A stretch of 64,000 nucleotides of DNA from an uncultured Gammaproteobacteria bacterium (GTDB lineage Bacteria; Patescibacteriota; Patescibacteriia; Magasanikbacterales; UBA922), in the NCBI GenBank assembly GCA_964597575.1, contig CAZQXB010000001.1, positions 842,892 to 906,891 of the forward strand. Reading direction: 5' to 3'. The translations under genes were made by a program, and so were the position numbers. This document shows, piece by piece, positions 8,831 to 16,311 of this stretch; position 1 is the first letter of the stretch; every line of letters starts with the position of its first letter. The notes beneath the pieces are model-generated. The model was given only the letters and a program-made list of their open reading frames with translations. It did no database searches and had not been told where the DNA came from.

Positions 8831-9595
8831 TTATAAAAGTCGAGCGACAAAAACCAAAAAGACTATCATGAGTATTCCATTCAAAAGCAAAAACGACAAG
8901 TGTTTCTGCCACAAAATTCCCTGACGACTGACATGAAAACGAACAAATAGTTGCAAAAGATACCACACCCAGGCAGCCAAAAACCCTGAAACAAAATAAT
9001 CAAACGGAAGCATGGTGAGTACCCATAGTAATTCTACCGCTGCAACGCCAACAACAACGAGCCAGGTAAAGAGGCCGGTAAACGTAATATCTTCATACTC
9101 GCGCCAAATCATACCGGCAGCGTAGGCGGCAAAGGCCGCCGCAAACACAGACAACAGCCACCACGGAAATGATGGGAAAAAAATGATTAGCGCAAAATGG
9201 CCGGTAAAAAAAGCATACACACTCCACGTCCACATGGCGACTAAAAATCGGCGAATACGTTTTTGTGCCGGAGGAAGAAGTGCGCCACGCACTGTGGCAA
9301 GCGCGTAAAGAAGCCCAAGCCCTCCAGCCACAAGAGCAATGGAAAGCCACGCCGCTTTATGATGATCAATTGCACTCATGAAAAGAGTTCCTGAAAGCGC
9401 AAATGAAGCTGCTAGTGGAAACACTCGACGTCGCCCGCGTGTGACTAAAAGGACATAGTCGGCAATAAATAAAAACGCGAGCCAAATTGGTAAAACCAGA
9501 GACAAAGTCAGGAGGTTCGGAAACGTTAAAAGAATCGACAGAAATATTCCTGTTACAAAGGCTACGACTGAGGCGAGCCCAACAAGAGGAATCAT
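8831..9595 (-). CDS. Multi-pass membrane protein
   Basis: 254 aa with about 8-9 hydrophobic segments; overlaps or abuts both neighbours. Confidence 0.75.
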   Translation of the reverse strand: MIPLVGLASVVAFVTGIFLSILLTFPNLLTLSLVLPIWLAFLFIADYVLLVTRGRRRVFPLAASFALSGTLFMSAIDHHKAAWLSIALVAGGLGLLYALATVRGALLPPAQKRIRRFLVAMWTWSVYAFFTGHFALIIFFPSFPWWLLSVFAAAFAAYAAGMIWREYEDITFTGLFTWLVVVGVAAVELLWVLTMLPFDYFVSGFLAAWVWYLLQLFVRFHVSRQGILWQKHLSFLLLNGILMIVFLVFVARLL

Positions 9596-9978
9596 AAAGG
9601 AGAAGAAACAAGCGGTGCGAGATCTTCACGGAGTGAGTCGTAACAGTCCACCGAGGAACTTTCTCTTGAGATTTTCGATAAACTGAGAAATGCTTTCAAA
9701 TGTACATCGCGTTTTTCTTTTGGGACGCGAAGTTCTTGTAAACTTTTTGTAACCGCATCAACTTGAGCACCACACGAAGATTGAGCACGAGAAGATTCAA
9801 GTGCCGACCGAACTGCGGCCTCATAAGCATCCCCCACTTCTTTTGGTGACGTGGGTGAAACACGTGGGCCGGTAACGATTTCTTTTTTGCTCATCAAAAA
9901 AACCCCTGCTCCAAGAGCAAGAACGATAACACTTACCAGAAAAAAGACCCAGGCGTATTTTGACGAATTGAGTTTCAT
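9592..9978 (-). CDS. Hypothetical single-TM protein
   Basis: 128 aa; N-terminal TM; 4-nt ATGA overlap with the next gene. Confidence 0.65.
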   Translation of the reverse strand: MKLNSSKYAWVFFLVSVIVLALGAGVFLMSKKEIVTGPRVSPTSPKEVGDAYEAAVRSALESSRAQSSCGAQVDAVTKSLQELRVPKEKRDVHLKAFLSLSKISRESSSVDCYDSLREDLAPLVSSPL

Positions 9979-10040
9979 ACAGTATCGTACTTACGAGTAT
10001 ACGCAAAAAATGGACATCTGTCCAAGTCTTATCTGAAATC

Positions 10041-10481
10041 ATGCCACAGCTCGCCAAAAACAAAAAAGCCCATTTCGATTATACGATTCAGGAAACCACT
10101 GAGGCGGGCTTGAAGTTGCTTGGGCATGAAGTGAAATCGGTCCGTGACGGGCACATGAAACTCGCGGGAGCGTTTATTCATTTTCGCGGAAGTAAAGCGT
10201 TTTTGGTTGGGGCCGGTATTCCGCCGTACCCTTCAGCAGGGCCGCTCAAAGATTACGACCCAGCCCGAAGCAGAGAAATTCTTTTGCATAAAAAACAAAT
10301 TGATTATTTGCGTGGAAAAAGCGAGGAGCGAGGGTTGACAATTGTGCCTTTAGGCGTATATACTAAGGGCCGATATTTGAAGCTTGAAATTGGTGTGGCG
10401 CTTGGCAAAAAGGCCTATGATAAGCGTGAAACCATTAAGAAGCGTGACCTCGATCGCTCGATGCGACGCGGGGAAGAATGA
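10041..10481 (+). CDS. smpB: SsrA-binding protein SmpB
   Basis: NKKAHFDY, EAGLKLLGHEVKSVR, GKKAYDKRETIK motifs; adjacent to tmRNA. Confidence 0.97.
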   Translation: MPQLAKNKKAHFDYTIQETTEAGLKLLGHEVKSVRDGHMKLAGAFIHFRGSKAFLVGAGIPPYPSAGPLKDYDPARSREILLHKKQIDYLRGKSEERGLTIVPLGVYTKGRYLKLEIGVALGKKAYDKRETIKKRDLDRSMRRGEE

Positions 10482-10493
10482 TCGTTACAATTT

Positions 10494-10886
10494 GGGGATG
10501 ATTGGTCTCGCTAGACGGACCAGTTATGCATATGTGCATGTCGAGGTTGCTTAACTCCTCGTAAAAAAATAAGCAATCATACGTGCAAACGTATTCCAGG
10601 GCGTGAAGAACGCAATTGCTCGCGCATTTGCCGTTCCTTCATTTGCCCCTGTTCTCGCCTAATACCGAGAACCATCGCTCCCGAGATACTCGATATCGGA
10701 TTCGCGGTGTAAACCCTTTCGAGCGTAGATGTTTGGTCGCTGGCCGACACTAAGCATTGAAGTTCTTTCGGCACAGCTTTGGTGGTTCTGTCGCCTCAAC
10801 ACACCGAAGCGCTTCTAGAGGCGGCAAAGCATGTTGACCATATCCATAACCCGCTCTACACCCGAGTTCGATTCTCGGCATCTCCA
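10494..10886 (+). ncRNA. ssrA: tmRNA
   Basis: 5' GGGGATG pairs with 3' CATCTCC-A (G3:U70); T-arm CCGAG-TTCGATT-CTCGG; tag ORF 10585-10662 ANVFQGVKNAIARAFAVPSFAPVLA*. Confidence 0.93.
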
Positions 10887-11066
10887 CAATTATAAAGCCA
10901 CCCTCTTGGGTGGTTTTATAATTGATTGAGTTTTGGCCGAGAATCGAACTGGGGAGAGTTTGGGAACCGGAAGGTTCCCACTTTTGCTGGGGGAAGGTTC
11001 TGAAGGGGTGGAAACCTCTTCCCAAGAGGAGCGACAGCGACGAGTGAGCATTCCTCGGCATAGCCT
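10887..11066 (+). repeat. tRNA-end-associated element, copy A (after tmRNA)
   Basis: 17-bp hairpin 10887-10924; anti-T-arm 10936-10950; conserved core to 11048; copy of the 3' end at 11050-11061. Confidence 0.85.
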
Positions 11067-11134
11067 ACAGAACTAAAAGAATCACATAAACATGCTATGA
11101 TTCTGCTAGTCATTGTCCAAATAAATATCTTAAT

Positions 11135-11845
11135 ATGAAACAAAAAATATTGACTCCTGAAATAGATGAGCCCTGTAAAGAAATTTTAAATTCTCTTATT
11201 GCACGGGGCATGGAACTAGAATGGTGTATTGATCCGGATATAGGGGGGAAGTCGCTGGTTACCTCGGAAAATACAAATGCCACCATTACCTTCCGGAATA
11301 ACGAAGAAATTACACCGGAGAGTATTCTACACGAATTACTGCACCTAGACTTGTTTACTCGGAGCTACCGTAAAATCATCGCGAAAGAAACAGAATACGA
11401 ATACGCTATTACGATCATAAATGATCTTTTTCAACACATTCTCATGGTAGAAAAAATGGAAGAGTATGGATACTTTCTAAAGAAGACAGAAGGGGCAGCT
11501 TGCGAAAAAATGATTGAACAATTTATTTCCCTAGAGGGAGGTAAATCTTCTAATACCGCAATCGACTTGGTAGTCTTAGGCTCTGCGCTTTTGGCGAGAG
11601 CGGAGTGGGCCAATACGAACAAAACAAAAATTGAAAAATTAGTTGCACACATGAAGAAGACCGAACATTACGACGTTAATTTTATTAAATCCATAGCAGA
11701 GTCTCTTCCCTCACCCAACACAGAACGGGAGGATTATCACAAACTTCAAGCAAAATGTATAAATGGTATTAACCTAGCAAACTGTGTGAACTATACCGAG
11801 TATAACCCAACCGAAGCTAACGAGAAAAAATACTATTTTGAATAG
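11135..11845 (+). CDS. Hypothetical low-GC protein with an HEXXH zinc-metallopeptidase motif
   Basis: ILHELLHL followed by NDLFQH; AT-rich relative to the core. Confidence 0.65.
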   Translation: MKQKILTPEIDEPCKEILNSLIARGMELEWCIDPDIGGKSLVTSENTNATITFRNNEEITPESILHELLHLDLFTRSYRKIIAKETEYEYAITIINDLFQHILMVEKMEEYGYFLKKTEGAACEKMIEQFISLEGGKSSNTAIDLVVLGSALLARAEWANTNKTKIEKLVAHMKKTEHYDVNFIKSIAESLPSPNTEREDYHKLQAKCINGINLANCVNYTEYNPTEANEKKYYFE

Positions 11846-11978
11846 ACACTCCAGAAAATAAACACAGCGGATTAACCAAAATTAAATTTATAAAAAAACA
11901 ATACCCCACGCCGCGCGATCGCAACGTGAGGTACTCCTCATGACCAGCCGAATGCTGGCCATGCCTGATGATGTGAGT

Positions 11979-12674
11979 TCAGGCGCCGAGAGCGATGCGC
12001 GCCCGCTCCTCGTCCGCGGCCTTCTTCGCGAGGTACGCTGCCCCATGCCCGAGGTTGGTGTTGACGGACACACCATCCCGACAGAACGGACAGTCGGCCT
12101 CGGACCACGAATCGAACTTGACCGTGTGGAGCGCGGAGAACGCAGGAAGCTCGAGCATCTCGGCGGTGATACCACCGCGATTGATGATCGCGACCGCACC
12201 GAGCACCTTGCCTCCAGCATCCCGAATGGCTTGAGCCACCTTGCGGATCGTACCGCCGGTCGTGGCCACGTCTTCGACGATGAGCACCCCCTGCCCCCGA
12301 ACCAGCTCATCGTAGCCGCGCTTCAGCGCGAAGTTGTCCGTGCCGTCGACCTTCTCCGCGAAGCCCCACTTCACCGAGTCTGCCGCCGCATTCATCCGCG
12401 TGATCTGCAGAGCCAGGGTGTACGCGAGAACCGGCGCAGCCACAGCCGCTCCGATGACGGCCTGAACGCGCTTGTCCTTCCAGGCACGGGCCGGATCACC
12501 GAACATGTCGTACAGGATCTCGGGATCCGGGTACAGCGCGTTCTTGTTGATGTAGAGATCCCCATGCTTGCCCGAGGCGTACACGAAGTGCCCGCTCGAG
12601 ATCGCACGACGCTGCTCGAGCAAGGCGGCGACTCCCACGATTTCTTCTCCTCTGAACTGACCTGAATCGACCAT
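11979..12674 (-). CDS. pyrE: Orotate phosphoribosyltransferase-like type I PRTase (high GC)
   Basis: GHFVYASGKHGDLYINK; PRPP motif LIVEDVATTGGT; SD AAGGAGG. Confidence 0.85.
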   Translation of the reverse strand: MVDSGQFRGEEIVGVAALLEQRRAISSGHFVYASGKHGDLYINKNALYPDPEILYDMFGDPARAWKDKRVQAVIGAAVAAPVLAYTLALQITRMNAAADSVKWGFAEKVDGTDNFALKRGYDELVRGQGVLIVEDVATTGGTIRKVAQAIRDAGGKVLGAVAIINRGGITAEMLELPAFSALHTVKFDSWSEADCPFCRDGVSVNTNLGHGAAYLAKKAADEERARIALGA

Positions 12675-12725
12675 TGTTGTATGGTCCTCCTTGCGGCTGA
12701 CCCTACCACATTTTTCGTCTCATGT

Positions 12726-13736
12726 CTACCCCTCCCACAAATCTCGAAGGATTTTTCGATATAACTGCTCAACAAGCATTTTTTCAGATTTTCCAATCAT
12801 AGAAAAATGGTGTAGCTGCGGGGCTGGGTTTACCTCAAGCACACACCAAGTACTCTCTTTCCGTGGCCGAGTAATCTCACCTTGAATAAGGAAATCAATT
12901 CCAACCAATGTGAGCCCCACATCATTTGCAAGTTGTTTTGCAATTGTGCGCCAAGTTGGGTGAATGAATTTGGTAACGTTTTTTCCCTCACCCCCAGTCG
13001 ACAAGTTCGCATTTGGTAATAGCGCCAGCTCAGTATATCGAGGCAAAATACTGCGAAAAGAATACCCGCTCGCGAGCACCTCTCTTTTTATTCTTTCATC
13101 ATGAATCGTTACACGAACTTTTCTGCCATGAATATTGAAATTTTTTAATTTCTTTTGAATAAGAGCGTGGATAGTATTTTTTCCATCTCCCACAATACCA
13201 AGTGGCACACGTTCATACGCGGCAATCACATCCCCTTTATAAACTACTACTCGGTAATCACGCCCGGACATGACGCGCTGCACCAAAAACACACGATCAA
13301 GCGCGCAGACTTCTTTTACGGCTTTCAAAAATTCTTGTTTGGTGCGCACTTTCGCAACACCAATCCCCTCACTTTTACTATTTGGTTTTACAATCACCGG
13401 AAAACCGAGTGTTTTCGCATAGGTATACGCGGCCAGAATACTTCTCTTTTTTTCCCCAATGGCTTTGGCCCAGGCTGGTGAATAAAACTCCTTGCCAACC
13501 GGTACAGGGTATTTCATTTTTTCTAAAAAATAACTCGAATACGCTTTGTCAGACGCAATTGCCTTCGATCCTGCACCATTCACATCAAACAAACCGAGTC
13601 GAAGATATCGGCGCTGACCGCTCTTTGTTGCAATCGAAGCCACATAGCCGTACCCGGGTTCGGGAAAAAAAGGAACCCCCTCTTGTTTCGCCAGACGAGC
13701 GAGAAGTTTAAGCAGATGCGGGTGGTGTTCCGACAT
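12726..13736 (-). CDS. Cyanophycin synthetase N-terminal-like ATP-grasp ligase
   Basis: IASDK, FPVIVKPN, GRDYRVVV, ANLSTGG, GIDFL and LEVN motifs; no Mur-ligase half. Confidence 0.8.
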   Translation of the reverse strand: MSEHHPHLLKLLARLAKQEGVPFFPEPGYGYVASIATKSGQRRYLRLGLFDVNGAGSKAIASDKAYSSYFLEKMKYPVPVGKEFYSPAWAKAIGEKKRSILAAYTYAKTLGFPVIVKPNSKSEGIGVAKVRTKQEFLKAVKEVCALDRVFLVQRVMSGRDYRVVVYKGDVIAAYERVPLGIVGDGKNTIHALIQKKLKNFNIHGRKVRVTIHDERIKREVLASGYSFRSILPRYTELALLPNANLSTGGEGKNVTKFIHPTWRTIAKQLANDVGLTLVGIDFLIQGEITRPRKESTWCVLEVNPAPQLHHFSMIGKSEKMLVEQLYRKILRDLWEG

Positions 13737-13797
13737 ACGAATCAACAAAGCAAAAACCGAGGAATGGAGTATAATGCACCTGTTGTACCCTTTCTTT

Positions 13798-14256
13798 ATG
13801 CCAATTGTCAAAACGACTGAAGAACTGCTGCGACACTTTCCACCAATTGATGCGGTACTTGCATATCAGCCGCTTTCTGATGAACCAGACATAACAGCGT
13901 TTCTTTTCGACCTCCCAAAAAATATCTCTATTTTGAATACGCCACAAACAAAAACTGATGACCCTTTCTTATTTGCCGAATCTCTTCTTAAAAAATACGA
14001 TCAGAAAACACTCCTTCTTTTTATTCCCGGACAAAAATTTGATGCACACGGCACTCGACATGGCCGCGGTGGCGGTTGGTACGATCGATTTTTGTCGGGT
14101 GTGCCAAAACAATGGATTCGTGTGGGGGTTTTAACATCGTCACAATTTTCTTCCACCCCACTTTTAAAAGAGCCCTGGGATGAGGCGATGGACCATCTTT
14201 TTTTAGATGAAAAAAACGAATGGAACCTCATTGACACGAAGCAGAAAAACTGTTAG
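13798..14256 (+). CDS. 5-formyltetrahydrofolate cyclo-ligase (short form)
   Basis: PG..FD..G.RHGRGGGWYDRFL signature; EPWD. Confidence 0.85.
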   Translation: MPIVKTTEELLRHFPPIDAVLAYQPLSDEPDITAFLFDLPKNISILNTPQTKTDDPFLFAESLLKKYDQKTLLLFIPGQKFDAHGTRHGRGGGWYDRFLSGVPKQWIRVGVLTSSQFSSTPLLKEPWDEAMDHLFLDEKNEWNLIDTKQKNC

Positions 14257-14280
14257 CGTTCGACACAGAAAGGAGGGCGC

Positions 14281-14370
14281 ATGAAGACGCTCTTTGTGGA
14301 TGGAACCAAAAAAACCTCACGCACTCCCCACCCCCCTGACACACCTGCTCGTGGGGATCTTCTTTTTTAG
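14281..14370 (+). CDS. Putative 29-aa small ORF
   Basis: SD AAGGAGGG then ATG; MKTLFVDGTKKTSRTPHPPDTPARGDLLF*. Confidence 0.3.
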   Translation: MKTLFVDGTKKTSRTPHPPDTPARGDLLF

Positions 14371-14384
14371 AGTTCATTAAACAC

Positions 14385-14412
14385 TTGCCAAAACAAGATT
14401 TTGTGGTATACT
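14385..14412 (+). promoter_or_regulatory. Promoter of infC
   Basis: TTGCCA-16 nt-TATACT with an extended TG. Confidence 0.6.
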
Positions 14413-14451
14413 GAGCCACAACTTACACCTTCTTCTTTTTTCTTTTACACT

Positions 14452-15000
14452 ATGCGCATTTCTCGTAAAAAACGTCCGGATAAAGCCCTCATTTTGGACT
14501 ACCGCAAAAATGAAGGGATTATCGTTCCCGAAGTACGTTTAATTGACCTTGAAGGAAATAACTTAGGGGTGGTGCCCACTTCTGAAGCCATCGAACGGGC
14601 CCGTGCACTTGAGATGGATTTGGTCGAAATTAACCCAAAAGCCAACCCTCCCGTTGCCCAAATTCACAACTTTTCTCACTTTAAATATCAGAAGGAGAAG
14701 GAAGTACGTAAGCAACGTACGAATTCTCATGTCAGCGATATTAAAGGGATCCGCCTATCGATCCGTATTGGCGAGCACGATCTGAATATCCGCCGCGAAC
14801 AGGCCAAAAAGTTCTTGGAACGTGGGGATAAAGTAAAAGCCGAAATCATCCTCCGTGGACGGGAAAATGCGAAGGCAAATATCGCCTTTGATGTGATCAA
14901 GGAGTTCTTTGCCGGGCTCGACGCCATGATTCCGGTTCGCTACGAAGAAGAGGCCAAACGGAATGCCAATAAGGTAACCGCCATTATTATCCGCAGATAA
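14452..15000 (+). CDS. infC: Translation initiation factor IF-3
   Basis: NEGI..PEVRLID, MDLVEI, GDKVK, LRGRE; lies in the infC-rpmI-rplT cluster. Confidence 0.95.
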   Translation: MRISRKKRPDKALILDYRKNEGIIVPEVRLIDLEGNNLGVVPTSEAIERARALEMDLVEINPKANPPVAQIHNFSHFKYQKEKEVRKQRTNSHVSDIKGIRLSIRIGEHDLNIRREQAKKFLERGDKVKAEIILRGRENAKANIAFDVIKEFFAGLDAMIPVRYEEEAKRNANKVTAIIIRR

Positions 15001-15003
15001 CCC

Positions 15004-15032
15004 TTGACGAAGGACGATTCCTTTGCTATACT
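15004..15032 (+). promoter_or_regulatory. Promoter of rpmI-rplT
   Basis: TTGACG-17 nt-TATACT with an extended TG. Confidence 0.65.
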
Positions 15033-15054
15033 CACCCCACTTGTTTAGCGATTT

Positions 15055-15273
15055 ATGCCGAAACTCAAAACCCGTAAAGCCATGAAGAAACGTATTGACC
15101 TTCGTGTTACGAAGAAAAAAGGGGTCAAAAAGGTTCTCATGTTGAAGCGCAAAGAAGGGCAAAACCACTTCAATGCCAAAGAATCAGGGAATACACGTCG
15201 CAACAAACGAAACGACGTGAATATTCACTCGATGTATAAAAAAGTGGTGCTTCGCGCCATGCCACACGAATAA
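15055..15273 (+). CDS. rpmI: 50S ribosomal protein L35
   Basis: MPKLKTRKAMKKR; position between infC and rplT. Confidence 0.9.
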   Translation: MPKLKTRKAMKKRIDLRVTKKKGVKKVLMLKRKEGQNHFNAKESGNTRRNKRNDVNIHSMYKKVVLRAMPHE

Positions 15274-15285
15274 TTTGACACTTCT

Positions 15286-15630
15286 ATGCCACGCGTGAAA
15301 CGAGGCGTCCATCACAGCAAACGCCGCAGAAATATAATGCAAAAGGTAAAAGGCTTTGAAGGCGGTCGCAAGAATTTAATCAAACTTGCACAAACTGCCA
15401 TCAAAAAAGCTGGTGCTCACGCTTTCCGTGATCGCCGTGCCAAAAAGCGCACCTTCCGTGCCCTCTGGCAAATTCGTATCAATGCGGCCATTCGCCCATT
15501 TGGTATGAGCTACAGCGTATTTATGGGAGCCCTCAAGAAAAAAGGCATTACCATTGATCGCAAAGTGCTTTCAGAGCTCGGAGCAAAAATGCCACATGTT
15601 TTTGCCGAGATCGTCAAAGCAGCGAAATAA
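15286..15630 (+). CDS. rplT: 50S ribosomal protein L20
   Basis: MPRVKRG, DRRAKKRTFRALWQIRINAA, IDRKVLSEL. Confidence 0.97.
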   Translation: MPRVKRGVHHSKRRRNIMQKVKGFEGGRKNLIKLAQTAIKKAGAHAFRDRRAKKRTFRALWQIRINAAIRPFGMSYSVFMGALKKKGITIDRKVLSELGAKMPHVFAEIVKAAK

Positions 15631-15647
15631 CTTCTCATCAAAAACAA

Positions 15648-15683
15648 GAACCGCTTCAGTGAAATACTGAGGCGGTTTTGTTT
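15648..15683 (+). terminator. Terminator after rplT
   Basis: AACCGCTTCAGT gaaat ACTGAGGCGGTT followed by TTGTTT. Confidence 0.7.
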
Positions 15684-15806
15684 GCGCTATAATTACTGGA
15701 GCCAGGAAGGCCCCGTCGTTGCGCGGCTTTCTTTGTTTCCAGGGGAATAGGCGCAAAAACCTTTTATTGTAAAATAAAAGGTGTACTATACAGGTGTACT
15801 GTATAG

Positions 15807-15852
15807 TTATCCACAGTTATACATTGACAAAACGAGAAAAAGGGCGTATACT
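15807..15852 (+). promoter_or_regulatory. DnaA box followed by a consensus sigma70 promoter
   Basis: TTATCCACA at 15807-15815; TTGACA (15824)-17 nt-TATACT (15847). Confidence 0.7.
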
Positions 15853-15858
15853 AGCATC

Positions 15859-16009
15859 TATTAGATAAGGATCTTTCAAGTGTTTGGTGCAGGCTGGAGT
15901 GGCCCCTCCTTCACTCCACATGCCAGCGCCGAACACTTAAAGGGTCTTTGACAAAGACCAATGACTTCTGTGACAACCTCTATCCAGCACACGCTGGATT
16001 TTGTGTTTT
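15859..16009 (+). ncRNA. Putative unannotated small RNA
   Basis: Own promoter, long hairpin 15867-15949, terminator 15982-16009, no credible ORF. Confidence 0.55.
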
Positions 16010-16049
16010 ACGGGTAAAACGTAGGGCTTTTGGCCACAGGTTATCCATA

Positions 16050-16078
16050 TTGACAACTGAGGCCTACTTCGGTATACT
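16050..16078 (+). promoter_or_regulatory. Promoter for the small basic ORF and tRNA-Asp
   Basis: TTGACA-17 nt-TATACT. Confidence 0.75.
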
Positions 16079-16103
16079 GAGCCCATATTTGATTCCCCTA
16101 CCT

Positions 16104-16223
16104 ATGGGCATGCGTAAAAAAATGCGAAACAAAATGAAAGCTGACTGGAAAGTCGCGAAAATTCATCGTGACAAAAATAAGCTGAAACGCCTCAAAAAGG
16201 CAGCAGCTGCAAAAGCGGCGTAA
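16104..16223 (+). CDS. Small very basic protein (39 aa)
   Basis: MGMRKKMRNKMKADWKVAKIHRDKNKLKRLKKAAAAKAA directly after a consensus promoter. Confidence 0.6.
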   Translation: MGMRKKMRNKMKADWKVAKIHRDKNKLKRLKKAAAAKAA

Positions 16224-16237
16224 GAACCGCTTCTTAC

Positions 16238-16311
16238 GGGCTGGTAGTTCAACTGGTTAGAGCACTGCCCTGTCACGGCAGAAGTTGCGGGTTCGAACCC
16301 CGTCCAGCCCG
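16238..16311 (+). tRNA. tRNA-Asp(GTC), the integration target
   Basis: GGGCTGG/CCAGCCC acceptor stem; anticodon arm CTGCC-CTGTCAC-GGCAG; GGTTCGAACCC; G73. Confidence 0.96.

Noticed and set aside
10750-11143. ORFs sharing LGKGFPPLPNLPP-like or GFHPF-like peptides (also 28619..29099 and 61061..61294)
   Set aside because: They are translations of the non-coding tRNA-associated repeat. Frames and lengths differ between copies, and some overlap tRNA or tmRNA.
12726-13736. Full cyanophycin synthetase (cphA)
   Set aside because: Only the ATP-grasp half is present and there is no cphB nearby, so the symbol is withheld.
15696-15745. Hairpin with CAGGAAGG as a possible SRP RNA
   Set aside because: It lacks the helix-8 GNRA tetraloop and AGCAG internal-loop arrangement, which is too weak to call.
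15779-16055. Possible oriC
   Set aside because: There is only one perfect and one imperfect DnaA box, and no dnaA or dnaN nearby.
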